The position numbers and the translations under genes were made by a program. From contig JAFQEC010000019.1 in assembly GCA_017415805.1 (NCBI GenBank), positions 4,814 through 68,813 on the forward strand: a stretch of 64,000 bases of DNA, written 5' to 3'. Under the pieces are notes generated by a model. That model made no database searches. It was not told the origin of the DNA and was given only the letters and a program-made list of their open reading frames with translations. Below are positions 35,107-43,461 of the stretch, piece after piece (position 1 is the first letter of the stretch; the number at the start of each line of letters is the position of its first letter). This DNA is from Clostridia bacterium (GTDB lineage: Bacteria; Bacillota; Clostridia; Oscillospirales; CAG-272).

Positions 35107-36411
35107 TTATTCCGACAGATCATTACGCACGATGTCCTCATAGGTCTCGCGCCGCACGGCGACACGCGCCTTGCCGCCCTGCACTAAGATCACGGGTGGG
35201 CGGGGAAGGCGATTGTAGTTGGATGCCATGGCGAAGTTGTAAGCACCCGTGGTCAGCACCGCGAGGATGTCGCCGCGCTGCGGCTTTTGCAACGGCATGT
35301 TTTCGCCGATAAGATCCCCCGATTCACAGCAGCGTCCTGCCACGGTGGCGCGGTAATCCTTGGGCGCGCTCGCGCGGTTGGCGATCAGTGCCGTGTACTG
35401 CGACTGGTAGAGCGCGTAGCGCGGATTGTCGGGCATACCGCCGTCCACCGAGACGTAGTTGCGAAAGCCGGGGATCTCCTTGACCGAGCCCACGGTATAG
35501 AGCGTGATGCCCGCCGCCGCGACAAGCGAGCGCCCGGGCTCAAGGATGATGCGGGGCATGCGGATGCCTGCATCTGCGGCGTTTTGCCGCACGATCGCGG
35601 CGATCTCGGCAACGGCCGCGGCATAGTCGATGCGACGGTCCTCGGCAAGATAGGGTACACCGAGCCCGCCGCCGAGATTCAACTCCTCGGCCTCAAAGCC
35701 CGTCTCGCGCTTGACCTCGGCGATGAAGCGCACCATAATATCGGCTGCGTCGCGGAAGGGATCGATATCGAAGATCTGCGAGCCGATGTGGCAGTGGAAG
35801 CCAACCGGCCGCACGCCCGTGCGCGCAAGTGCTGCTTTTGTGATCTCCAGCGCCTGCCCCGTCGCGATGGCACGCCCGAACTTGGAATCCACGTTTCCGG
35901 TCTGAATGGCGCGATGGGTGTGGGGATCAATGCCGGGCGTGATGCGCAGCAGGATGCGCTGTACCTTGCCCTTGGCGCGCGCCAGCGCGTGCAGGGCGTC
36001 CAGCTCGTCCTCGTTGTCCACGACGATCGTTCCGACACCCATGTCCAGAGCCATGGCAAGGTCGGCATCGGTCTTATTGTTCCCGTGAAAATAGATGCGC
36101 TCGGCAGGGAAGCCCGCGCGAAGAGCCGTGAACAGCTCGCCGCCCGAAACGCAGTCTACACCAAGGCCTTCCTCGGCTACCAGGCGGTAGATGCCCGTGA
36201 AGCAAAGTGCCTTTGAGGCGTACAGAGGCAGGGCGTCTGCACCGAAGTGCGCGCGCGCCGCCGTCAGATACGTGCGGCAGTTTGCGCGGATGACGTCCTC
36301 GTCCATGATATAGGCCGGCGTGCCGAATTCGCGCGCCAGCTCGACGGTGTCCATGCCGCCGACGGTCAGATGCCCTTCGGCATTCGTGTCAAGATGGGGA
36401 TAAAGAATCAT
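35107..36411 (-). CDS. lysA: diaminopimelate decarboxylase
   Basis: Orn/DAP/Arg decarboxylase fold (YASKA PLP-Lys region, GGGLG, CESGD). ATG 36411 chosen by alignment to known N-termini; ATG 36444 (TAATG with engB) is the alternative. Confidence 0.9.
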   Translation of the reverse strand: MILYPHLDTNAEGHLTVGGMDTVELAREFGTPAYIMDEDVIRANCRTYLTAARAHFGADALPLYASKALCFTGIYRLVAEEGLGVDCVSGGELFTALRAGFPAERIYFHGNNKTDADLAMALDMGVGTIVVDNEDELDALHALARAKGKVQRILLRITPGIDPHTHRAIQTGNVDSKFGRAIATGQALEITKAALARTGVRPVGFHCHIGSQIFDIDPFRDAADIMVRFIAEVKRETGFEAEELNLGGGLGVPYLAEDRRIDYAAAVAEIAAIVRQNAADAGIRMPRIILEPGRSLVAAAGITLYTVGSVKEIPGFRNYVSVDGGMPDNPRYALYQSQYTALIANRASAPKDYRATVAGRCCESGDLIGENMPLQKPQRGDILAVLTTGAYNFAMASNYNRLPRPPVILVQGGKARVAVRRETYEDIVRNDLSE

Positions 36412-36443
36412 AGGCTCCTTCTTTCTGTTGGGGCGCTGTGGCA

Positions 36444-37052
36444 TTATACCTCTGCCGCGCGCCGCACGGTACGCCAGACCTCGTCCCGTCCCTCGCCGTT
36501 CAGGGCGGAGAAGGGAATGATGGGCGTGCCGTTTGGAATATCGGGGTGTGCGGACAGCGCGTCAAGCGCCGCCGTGCGGTTGGTTTTGTTGAGCTTGTCC
36601 GCCTTGGTGGTGACCACCGCGAAGGGGATCTCGGCCTCGCGCAGAAAACGGAGCATCATCACGTCGTCTGCCGTGGGGCCGACCTTGAGATCCACCAGCT
36701 GGAGCACCAGCTTCAAGCGGTCAATATTCGGGTTGCGCGTAAAATAGCCGTCGGTGAGTGCCGACCACTTTGCCTTGTCAGCAGGGGCGCGCTTGGCAAA
36801 GCCGTAGCCGGGCAGATCCACCAAAAACAGCTTCTTGTCCACCTCGTAAAAATTGATGGTGATGGTCTTGCCGGGGGCGCTACTGACGCGCGCAAGCGCC
36901 TTGCGGCCGAGCAAGGTGTTGACCAGCGAGCTCTTGCCCACGTTGGAGCGACCCGACAGCGCGATCTGCGGCACGGATGTGCTTGGGAACTGGCGCGGGT
37001 CGCCTGCCGTAACGGCAAGGCGCGTATTTTGCAAATTGAGATCAGCCGCCAT
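36444..37052 (-). CDS. engB: ribosome-biogenesis GTPase EngB/YsxC
   Basis: G1 GRSNVGKSS, G3 DLPGYG, G4 TKADK; downstream of lon as in Bacillus. Confidence 0.9.
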   Translation of the reverse strand: MAADLNLQNTRLAVTAGDPRQFPSTSVPQIALSGRSNVGKSSLVNTLLGRKALARVSSAPGKTITINFYEVDKKLFLVDLPGYGFAKRAPADKAKWSALTDGYFTRNPNIDRLKLVLQLVDLKVGPTADDVMMLRFLREAEIPFAVVTTKADKLNKTNRTAALDALSAHPDIPNGTPIIPFSALNGEGRDEVWRTVRRAAEV

Positions 37053-39456
37053 AGGAGTTGCCTGCCTTTCCCGCCTCGGGGAGCGTGTGCGTTGCAAAGG
37101 GCTCTGCCACGGCTTCTTGCGTGCAGGGCATGCCCGTGAGTGCCGCGCGCAGCACGTCGTCCAGCGTACGGCAGGGGATCAGCTCCAGCTGCGCCACCGC
37201 CTCGGGATCGAGCTCGGGCAGGTCGCGCAGATTGTCGGCAGGGATGAGAACGGTCTTGACACCCGCGTTGGCCGCCGCCATGGTTTTTTCCTTCAGGCCG
37301 CCGATGGCCAACACCGCGCCCGTGAGCGTGACCTCGCCCGTCATGGCAAGATCGTGGCGCACGGTCGCACCCGAAAGCGCGCTGACCAGCGCGGTGACCA
37401 TTGCCGCGCCTGCCGAGGGGCCGTCCTTGGGGATGGCACCCTCGGGAAAGTGGATATGCAGATCCGAGGTCTTGTGAAAATCGGTGGGTACGCCCAACGC
37501 CTTGGCGTGTGCACGGATGTAGCTCACGGCGATATGTGCCGATTCCTTCATCACGTCGCCAAGTGAGCCCGTCAGCTCGATCTTGCCGTCACCGGGCAGC
37601 ACCAGAGCCTCGACCTTGAGCAGGTCGCCGCCCGCCTCGGTGTAGGCAAGGCCGTTGACCACGCCGCATACGTCGGTGTCACCGATCTGCTCGCGCAGCA
37701 GCTTCTTCGGGCCGAGGAAATCGGCGAGATTTTCGGGCGTCACGCGTACGCTCTTGGCCTCGCCCGAGGCGATGCGGCGCGCCGCCTTGCGGCAGACGGT
37801 GGCAATACTGCGCTCCAGATTGCGCACGCCCGCCTCGCGGGTGTAGTCATCAATGATGGCGGCAACCGTGTTCTCGCCAAGTCTGAGCGTGCGGCGGTTG
37901 AGGCCGTGACGCTTCAGCTGCTTTGCGATGAGGTGATTCGCCGCGATACGCAGCTTCTCGTTTTTGGTATAGGTGGAGAGCTCAATGATCTCCATGCGGT
38001 CAACGAGGGGCCGCGGCACGGTGTCCAGCGTGTTCGCGGTTGCGATAAAGATGCAGTCCGAGAGATCGAAGGGCAGCTCCACGAAATGATCGCGGAAGCT
38101 CTTGTTCTGCTCGGCGTCCAGCACCTCTAAGAGTGCCGAGGAGGGATCGCCGTGCGCATCACGTGTCAGCTTGTCGATCTCGTCGAGCAAAATGAGGGGA
38201 TTGTTGACCCCCGCCTGCGTGAGCGCGGCCACGATACGGCCGGGCATCGCGCCAAGATAGGTCTTGCGGTGGCCGCGGATGTCGGCCTCGTCGCGCACAC
38301 CGCCCAAGGAGACGCGCACGTACTTGCGGCGCATAGCGCGCGCGATGGACTGCGCCACCGAGGTCTTGCCCACACCGGGAGGGCCCACAAGGCAAATGAT
38401 CTGATTGCGCAGCGCGGGATTGAGCTTTTTGACCGCCAGATATTCGAGAATGCGCTCCTTGACCTTGACCATGCCGTCGTGGTCGGCGTCCAAGATCCTT
38501 TCGGCGGCGGCAAGATCGGTGCGGTCCTCGGTCTTTTTGTTCCACGGGAGCTCCAGACACGTGTCCAGATAGCCGCGCAGGACGCTGGCCTCGGCAGAGC
38601 CGAACGGAGTCTTTGCCATGCGCTCGTTCTCGCGCAGCAGCTTTTTCTCCACCTCGGCAGGGAGATTCGCCGCACGGATGCGACGCTCGTATTCGTCGAT
38701 CTCGCTGTCGCCGTCCTCGCCCAGCTCCTCTTGGATGACACGAACCTGCTCGCGCAGATAATATTCCTTTTGATTTTGTGCCAGACGCTCGCGCACCTCC
38801 TTGTGGATCGCCATTTCACAAAGGATCAGCTGGGTCTCGTCCTGCATGAGCACCAGCGTTTCGCCAAGGCGCTCGATCGGGTCAAGCTCGTCCAGCACCT
38901 TCTGCTTGTCCTCGGCACGCACTAAAATATTCGCGGCAACAAAATCGGCAAATGCGCCGGGCGCGACGAGCTGATTGGCAGCAGAGACCACGTCCTTGGA
39001 AAGGGAGGGGAGCACGGCGGCCATGCCCGAGAGCGTGCGCTTGGCCTCGCGTAGCATCGCCTCCTCCTGCAGCTCGGTGGGCTCGGCAGGATGCGGAACG
39101 TAGCAGAGCACGTCGGCGGCGTAGCAGTCGCCCACGCGGTGAAGGCCGAGCAGCTCGGCACGGGCGTAGCCCTCGCAGAAAAGGCGCAGGGTGTTTTCCT
39201 CTGCCTTGACGCTCTGCTTGATCTTGGCCACGGTGCCCATTCTATAAAAATGCTCCAAGCGGAGCTCGCCCTCGACGGGCTCCTTGAGAGAAATGAGAAA
39301 CACGAAGGAATCGGCGGCGTTCGCCTCGGCCACGGCGGCCTGCGAGGGCGCGTCGTTCAATTCAAAATTAATGGGGATTGCGGGAAAGGCCACGATGCCG
39401 CCCAGTGCAAGCAGGGGGAGCGTGAGCCGTTCGGTTTGTTCGATGTATGCGGACAT
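37042..39456 (-). CDS. lon: ATP-dependent Lon protease (LonA)
   Basis: LON N-domain, AAA+ Walker A GPPGVGKTS, Walker B LLDEIDK, protease PKDGPSAG with catalytic Ser. Confidence 0.97.
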   Translation of the reverse strand: MSAYIEQTERLTLPLLALGGIVAFPAIPINFELNDAPSQAAVAEANAADSFVFLISLKEPVEGELRLEHFYRMGTVAKIKQSVKAEENTLRLFCEGYARAELLGLHRVGDCYAADVLCYVPHPAEPTELQEEAMLREAKRTLSGMAAVLPSLSKDVVSAANQLVAPGAFADFVAANILVRAEDKQKVLDELDPIERLGETLVLMQDETQLILCEMAIHKEVRERLAQNQKEYYLREQVRVIQEELGEDGDSEIDEYERRIRAANLPAEVEKKLLRENERMAKTPFGSAEASVLRGYLDTCLELPWNKKTEDRTDLAAAERILDADHDGMVKVKERILEYLAVKKLNPALRNQIICLVGPPGVGKTSVAQSIARAMRRKYVRVSLGGVRDEADIRGHRKTYLGAMPGRIVAALTQAGVNNPLILLDEIDKLTRDAHGDPSSALLEVLDAEQNKSFRDHFVELPFDLSDCIFIATANTLDTVPRPLVDRMEIIELSTYTKNEKLRIAANHLIAKQLKRHGLNRRTLRLGENTVAAIIDDYTREAGVRNLERSIATVCRKAARRIASGEAKSVRVTPENLADFLGPKKLLREQIGDTDVCGVVNGLAYTEAGGDLLKVEALVLPGDGKIELTGSLGDVMKESAHIAVSYIRAHAKALGVPTDFHKTSDLHIHFPEGAIPKDGPSAGAAMVTALVSALSGATVRHDLAMTGEVTLTGAVLAIGGLKEKTMAAANAGVKTVLIPADNLRDLPELDPEAVAQLELIPCRTLDDVLRAALTGMPCTQEAVAEPFATHTLPEAGKAGNSYGG

Positions 39457-39485
39457 AGTGCTTCCTTTCGGGATAATAGTTATAC

Positions 39486-39517
39486 ATTATAACATTATAC
39501 CACAGGTTTTCGTCGAA
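39486..39517 (-). promoter_or_regulatory. candidate lon promoter region
   Basis: Minus strand TGG-TATAAT (39503-39494) plus a second overlapping TATAAT (39491-39486); weak -35 region overlapped by TTCGACG (39517-39511). Confidence 0.35.
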
Positions 39518-39542
39518 TTCCAGTACTTTTTGAAAAAACATT

Positions 39543-39710
39543 CAAATAAATATAAAAGCCGTCGGCGGTGCTCCCCCGTCAACGGCTCTTATATACAAAA
39601 ATGCACGGCAGAAAGGGCCGTTCACGCGTGTTGGTATCATAAGCTTGATACTCCGCGGGATAGGCGATCCACCGTGCACAACGCGGCACACCGTATTGGC
39701 ACACCGACGC
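39543..39710 (-). ncRNA. candidate small RNA (~165 nt) defined by an orphan promoter and terminator
   Basis: It lies downstream of the promoter at 39745-39717. It ends in an 11-bp GC-rich hairpin (39587-39557) followed by UUUUAUAUUUAUUU. No SD-preceded ORF is present. Internal long-range pairing joins 39672-39678 with 39602-39608. Confidence 0.4.
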
Positions 39711-39716
39711 TTTGTT

Positions 39717-39745
39717 ATTATAGCAAGTCGGCGGCGATTTGTAAA
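39717..39745 (-). promoter_or_regulatory. orphan sigma-A-type promoter in the lon-infC spacer
   Basis: Minus strand TTTACA (39745-39740), 17 nt, TATAAT (39722-39717). Confidence 0.5.
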
Positions 39746-39890
39746 TATCCAAAATAGACGATTTTCGACGCAAAATTTCGTGATTATTGCCACATGACGA
39801 AAAAAACCGTCGAAAAGGACGCTGTTTTTGTATAAAACGCCGATTTGTGCCCTCGCCAAAAAAGCAAAAAAGAAAAATTGCAAAAAGGGC

Positions 39891-39919
39891 TTGACACGGG
39901 CGATGCGGTGTGGTATACT
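39891..39919 (+). promoter_or_regulatory. sigma-A-type promoter for infC-rpmI-rplT
   Basis: TTGACA (39891-39896), 17 nt ending TGG, TATACT (39914-39919); A-rich UP-like tract upstream. Confidence 0.6.
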
Positions 39920-39925
39920 ACTGGA

Positions 39926-40047
39926 GCAAAGAAGCAGAGCGTTCCGCGTTCTCACCCTGCCGCAACGGCGCGCAGCGGTTGATAGGTCATCACGCCAGAG
40001 TGCGTGATTTGTCGTGCGGAGACTCTCTTCGCGCGATTTTTTATTTT
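39926..40047 (+). promoter_or_regulatory. L20-leader-like transcription attenuator upstream of infC
   Basis: ~120-nt leader with hairpin ATCACGC..GCGTGAT (39989-40008) and a terminator TCGTGCG-loop-CGCGCGA followed by TTTTTTATTTT (40012-40047); position matches Firmicute L20 leaders. Confidence 0.5.
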
Positions 40048-40081
40048 CCGGCTTTGACCGGGCTCAAGGAGGTGCCTTCCC

Positions 40082-40600
40082 ATTAGCGCAGCAAAAGACA
40101 TGGTGATCAACGAGAACATCCGCGAGAAGGAGGTTCGTGTGATCGGTGACGACGGAGAGACGTTAGGCATGATGTCCTCGAATGCCGCACTCAAGCTGGC
40201 ATATGACAGAGGGCTGGATCTGGTGCTCATCGCACCGCAGGCAACGCCGCCCGTTTGCCGCATCATGGATTACGGCAAATACCGCTTTGACCGCGAAAAG
40301 AAGGAGAAGGAAGCCAAAAAGAAGCAGCAGACCGTTGAGCTCAAGGAGGTTCAGCTTTCCTGCCGCATCGATGTGCACGATTTTGAGACCAAGGCGCGCA
40401 ACGCCGTGCGCTTTCTCACCGCGGGCAACAAGGTGCGCGTGGTCGTGCGCTTCAAGGGGCGCGAGATGGCGCACCAGGAGCTTGGCCGCGACGTGCTGAG
40501 CCGCTTTGAGGCTGCCGTGGCACCCACGGGCGTGGTCGAAAAGAAGCCCGTGCTGGACGGACGCATAATGAGCATGATCGTCGTCCCCGCAAAAAATTAA
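40082..40600 (+). CDS. infC: translation initiation factor IF-3, predicted AUU start
   Basis: IF-3 N and C domains (INENIREKEVRVIGDDGE...). In-frame ATT at 40082 is 9 nt after GGAGG (40068-40072), whereas ATG 40100 is 27 nt away. Confidence 0.9.
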   Translation: MSAAKDMVINENIREKEVRVIGDDGETLGMMSSNAALKLAYDRGLDLVLIAPQATPPVCRIMDYGKYRFDREKKEKEAKKKQQTVELKEVQLSCRIDVHDFETKARNAVRFLTAGNKVRVVVRFKGREMAHQELGRDVLSRFEAAVAPTGVVEKKPVLDGRIMSMIVVPAKN

Positions 40601-40660
40601 GTATCCTGTGGCGGCATGGCCGCTGTATGATAGAGAGAATGAACAAAGGAGTGTAACACA

Positions 40661-40855
40661 ATGGGAAAAATCAAAACGCATAAGGCTTCGGCCAAGAGAT
40701 TTTCCGTCACCGGAAAGGGTAAAATCAAGATCAACCACTGCCATCATCGCCACAACCTGGGCATGAAGGACACCAAGCATAAGAGACGTCTGCGCACCGC
40801 GTCGATTCTCAGCCCCTGCATGACGGCAACTGCCCGTCACCTGATCCAGAAATAA
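40661..40855 (+). CDS. rpmI: 50S ribosomal protein L35
   Basis: [24 protein letters not shown]35 signature. Confidence 0.95.
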   Translation: MGKIKTHKASAKRFSVTGKGKIKINHCHHRHNLGMKDTKHKRRLRTASILSPCMTATARHLIQK

Positions 40856-40877
40856 GCGAACTCGGAGGAAACGAAAA

Positions 40878-41231
40878 ATGGCAAGAGTAAAAGGCGCAAT
40901 GATGACGCGCAAGAGAAGAAATAAGGTTCTGAAGGCTGCCAAGGGCTACTGGGGTGCAAAGTCCAAGCACTTCAAGATGGCCAAGGAAGCCGTCATGAAG
41001 AGCGGCAACTACGCATTCGCGGGCCGCAAGATGAAGAAGAGAGACTTCCGCAGCCTTTGGATCACGCGTATCTCCGCACAGGCAAAGGTCAACGGTATGA
41101 ACTACTCCACCATGATGCACGGCCTCAAGAAGGCAGGCGTCACGCTGAACCGCAAGATGCTCGCAGAGCTCGCGGTTTCGGATAAGGAAGCATTCGCTGC
41201 TCTGGCAGCACAGGCAAAGGCCGCACTTTAA
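40878..41231 (+). CDS. rplT: 50S ribosomal protein L20
   Basis: [27 protein letters not shown]20 signature. Confidence 0.97.
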   Translation: MARVKGAMMTRKRRNKVLKAAKGYWGAKSKHFKMAKEAVMKSGNYAFAGRKMKKRDFRSLWITRISAQAKVNGMNYSTMMHGLKKAGVTLNRKMLAELAVSDKEAFAALAAQAKAAL

Positions 41232-41237
41232 GCTTTA

Positions 41238-41275
41238 GACAAAAACCCGGTTTCGTCCGGGTTTTTGTCTATTTA
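41238..41275 (+). terminator. terminator after rplT
   Basis: 13-bp stem GACAAAAACCCGG / CCGGGTTTTTGTC, 6-nt loop. Confidence 0.65.
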
Positions 41276-41322
41276 AGGCTGATTTTTTCAGAGCCAAAAA
41301 CGCAAAAAAGGAGGTGGACGGT

Positions 41323-42147
41323 ATGCAAAAAACGACCGAAATCATCACATCCAGACAAAATCCGCTGGTCTCGCTCACGGCCGCGCTTAGCGAGCGCAAG
41401 CATCGCATGCGTACGGGGCTGTTTCGCTTTGACGGTAAGAAGCTGCTGGCCGAGGCACAGGGTGCAGGTGTGGAGCTGCATGCCGTGCTGCTGCGCGAGA
41501 GCGCGGCCGACACACTGTTGGATGCCGCCGCGCCCTTTTCGGACGCCTGCCGTGTGGCAATTTTACCCGATGCGCTTTTTGACCGCATCTCGGAGGAAAA
41601 ATCTCCCGAGGGCGTGATTTGCGTGGCAAAACGGCTTGACAAATTACACAAAATCGTTACAATAGATAAAAGAGCGTCTTTTTTGGAGACGCTGCTGCCG
41701 GGGCGCACCCTGCTTTTGGAAAGCGTGCGTGACCCCGGGAATCTGGGCACTGTGATCCGCAGTGCGGCGGCCTTCGGTGTGCCGAATCTGGTGCTCTCCT
41801 CGGACTGTGCCGATCTCTACCATCCGCGTGCCATTCGGGGCGCGATGGGCACGCTCTTTCACCAGCACGTCGTGGTGGTGCAGGATGCGGTGGATGCCGT
41901 GCGGCAGCTGACTGCACGCGGCCGCGTTTTTGCCGCCGCGCTGGAGCCTCACGCCGCGCGTCTTGGCGCGGTCACGTTCGGTGAGAGCGATGCCGTTGCG
42001 GTGGGGAACGAGGGACACGGCCTTTCGAAGGCGCTTTTAGATGCCGCCACCGACAGCATCTTTATCCCCATGGCCTCGGGTGTCGAGTCGCTCAATGCGG
42101 GTGTCGCCGCCTCGGTGCTACTCTGGGAATTTTATCGCGGTAGGTAA
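41323..42147 (+). CDS. TrmH/SpoU-family RNA 2'-O-methyltransferase
   Basis: SPOUT motifs LLLESVRDPGNLGTVIRSAAAFG, VAVGNEGHGLS, IPMASGVESLNAGVAASVLL; AAGGAGG SD. Confidence 0.8.
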   Translation: MQKTTEIITSRQNPLVSLTAALSERKHRMRTGLFRFDGKKLLAEAQGAGVELHAVLLRESAADTLLDAAAPFSDACRVAILPDALFDRISEEKSPEGVICVAKRLDKLHKIVTIDKRASFLETLLPGRTLLLESVRDPGNLGTVIRSAAAFGVPNLVLSSDCADLYHPRAIRGAMGTLFHQHVVVVQDAVDAVRQLTARGRVFAAALEPHAARLGAVTFGESDAVAVGNEGHGLSKALLDAATDSIFIPMASGVESLNAGVAASVLLWEFYRGR

Positions 42148-42149
42148 GT

Positions 42150-43430
42150 ATGCAACACGAAACGCTTTGGGTCGCCCTTGCAGAAGCACTGGGCGCACGC
42201 AGCCCTTATCTGAAGCCCCTGCTTCAAGCCTTCGGCACGCCCGAGGCGATTTTTGCGGCAGACGAGCAGGCCTTGCTCGCGGCCGTTCCCACGCTGGGGC
42301 GCGGTACGCTGGCCGCCCTGTTGCGCGGGCACGCAAGAGAGCGCGCCGCCAAGATCGTGCGCTGGTGTCACATGAACCGCGTGCGGATCCTCACCATGGA
42401 CGCGCCCGAATATCCGAAGCGTCTTTTGGATATTGACGAGCCGCCTGCGGTGCTGTATTGCCGCGGAAATCTTTCGGTGCTGAACGCGCCCCTCACGGTC
42501 GGCGTGGTCGGTACACGCAAGCCCGACGTATACGGCGTGCGCGTGGCGTATAAACTATCCTTTGAGCTGGCGGCGGCAGGTGCTGTGATCGTCAGCGGAA
42601 TGGCCGATGGGCTGGACGGCGTTGCTGCCGCAGCGGCGATCAATGCAGGCTCCGCCACGGTGGCGGTGTTTGGAAGCGGTATCGACATTATCTACCCCAA
42701 AAGCCGCACCAAGCTCTCGCGCGAGATCGCAGAGCACGGTGTGATGGTGACCGAATATGCCCCCGGCACGCGCCCCTTCGGACACAACTTCCCCGTGCGC
42801 AATCGCATTATCAGCGCGCTCTCGGGCGCGGTGCTGATCGCCGAGGCAGGGGAGACGAGCGGTGCGCTGATCACAGCACGCTACGCCATTACACAGGGTA
42901 AGCCGCTGTTTGCCGTTCCGGGAGACATCACGGCCGCGCGCTCGGCGGGCACCAATCAGCTGGTGGCCGACGGCGTGACACCCGTGAGCTGTACCGAGGA
43001 CGTCCTGCGCCCGTTGCGCTTCCTTTATCACGATTGCGTGCAGGAGCAGGCGTTGCGCGAGGCGATGCAGTATTCGGAGCTCTCCGAGCAAGCACTTCGC
43101 CCCTTCGGCATGCGCGATATCACGGCACTTTTGCAGGACGGGGCACGCGAGCAGGAGAAGGTCACATCGGCCGAGCCGAAAGCATCACACAAGGGCAAGA
43201 CAAGGAAGTCTGTGCCCGCGGCGCAAGAGCGCGTGCGATCCGCCCCTGATCTTTCCATGCTGGATGCACAGCAGAAAACCGTTTATGAAAATCTGCCCGA
43301 CGGAGCGTTTTCCGTAGACGCCCTTACCGAGCGCGGCATCCCCGTCGGGGAAGCGGCCGCGGCACTCACACTGCTGGAGGTCTATGGGCTTGTGTGCTCA
43401 CGCCCCGGCGGCTTGTTTGAAAAATTGTAA
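42150..43430 (+). CDS. dprA: DNA-processing protein DprA (Smf)
   Basis: DprA Rossmann core VVGTRKPDVYG, SGMADGLDG, GSGIDIIYP, LIAEAGETSGALITA. Confidence 0.85.
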   Translation: MQHETLWVALAEALGARSPYLKPLLQAFGTPEAIFAADEQALLAAVPTLGRGTLAALLRGHARERAAKIVRWCHMNRVRILTMDAPEYPKRLLDIDEPPAVLYCRGNLSVLNAPLTVGVVGTRKPDVYGVRVAYKLSFELAAAGAVIVSGMADGLDGVAAAAAINAGSATVAVFGSGIDIIYPKSRTKLSREIAEHGVMVTEYAPGTRPFGHNFPVRNRIISALSGAVLIAEAGETSGALITARYAITQGKPLFAVPGDITAARSAGTNQLVADGVTPVSCTEDVLRPLRFLYHDCVQEQALREAMQYSELSEQALRPFGMRDITALLQDGAREQEKVTSAEPKASHKGKTRKSVPAAQERVRSAPDLSMLDAQQKTVYENLPDGAFSVDALTERGIPVGEAAAALTLLEVYGLVCSRPGGLFEKL

Positions 43431-43461
43431 TCCACCCATACCACAGCGAAAGGAACATTAC

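Noticed and set aside
39457-39560. CIRCE or CtsR heat-shock operator upstream of lon
   Set aside because: I found no TTAGCACTC-N9-GAGTGCTAA and no tandem GGTCAAA heptads.
39284-39955. ORFs of 157, 137 and 64 aa in the lon-infC spacer
   Set aside because: They overlap lon or cross predicted promoter and terminator elements. They have no SD, an odd Cys/Arg/Phe-rich composition and non-ATG starts. The region is better explained as non-coding (candidate sRNA).
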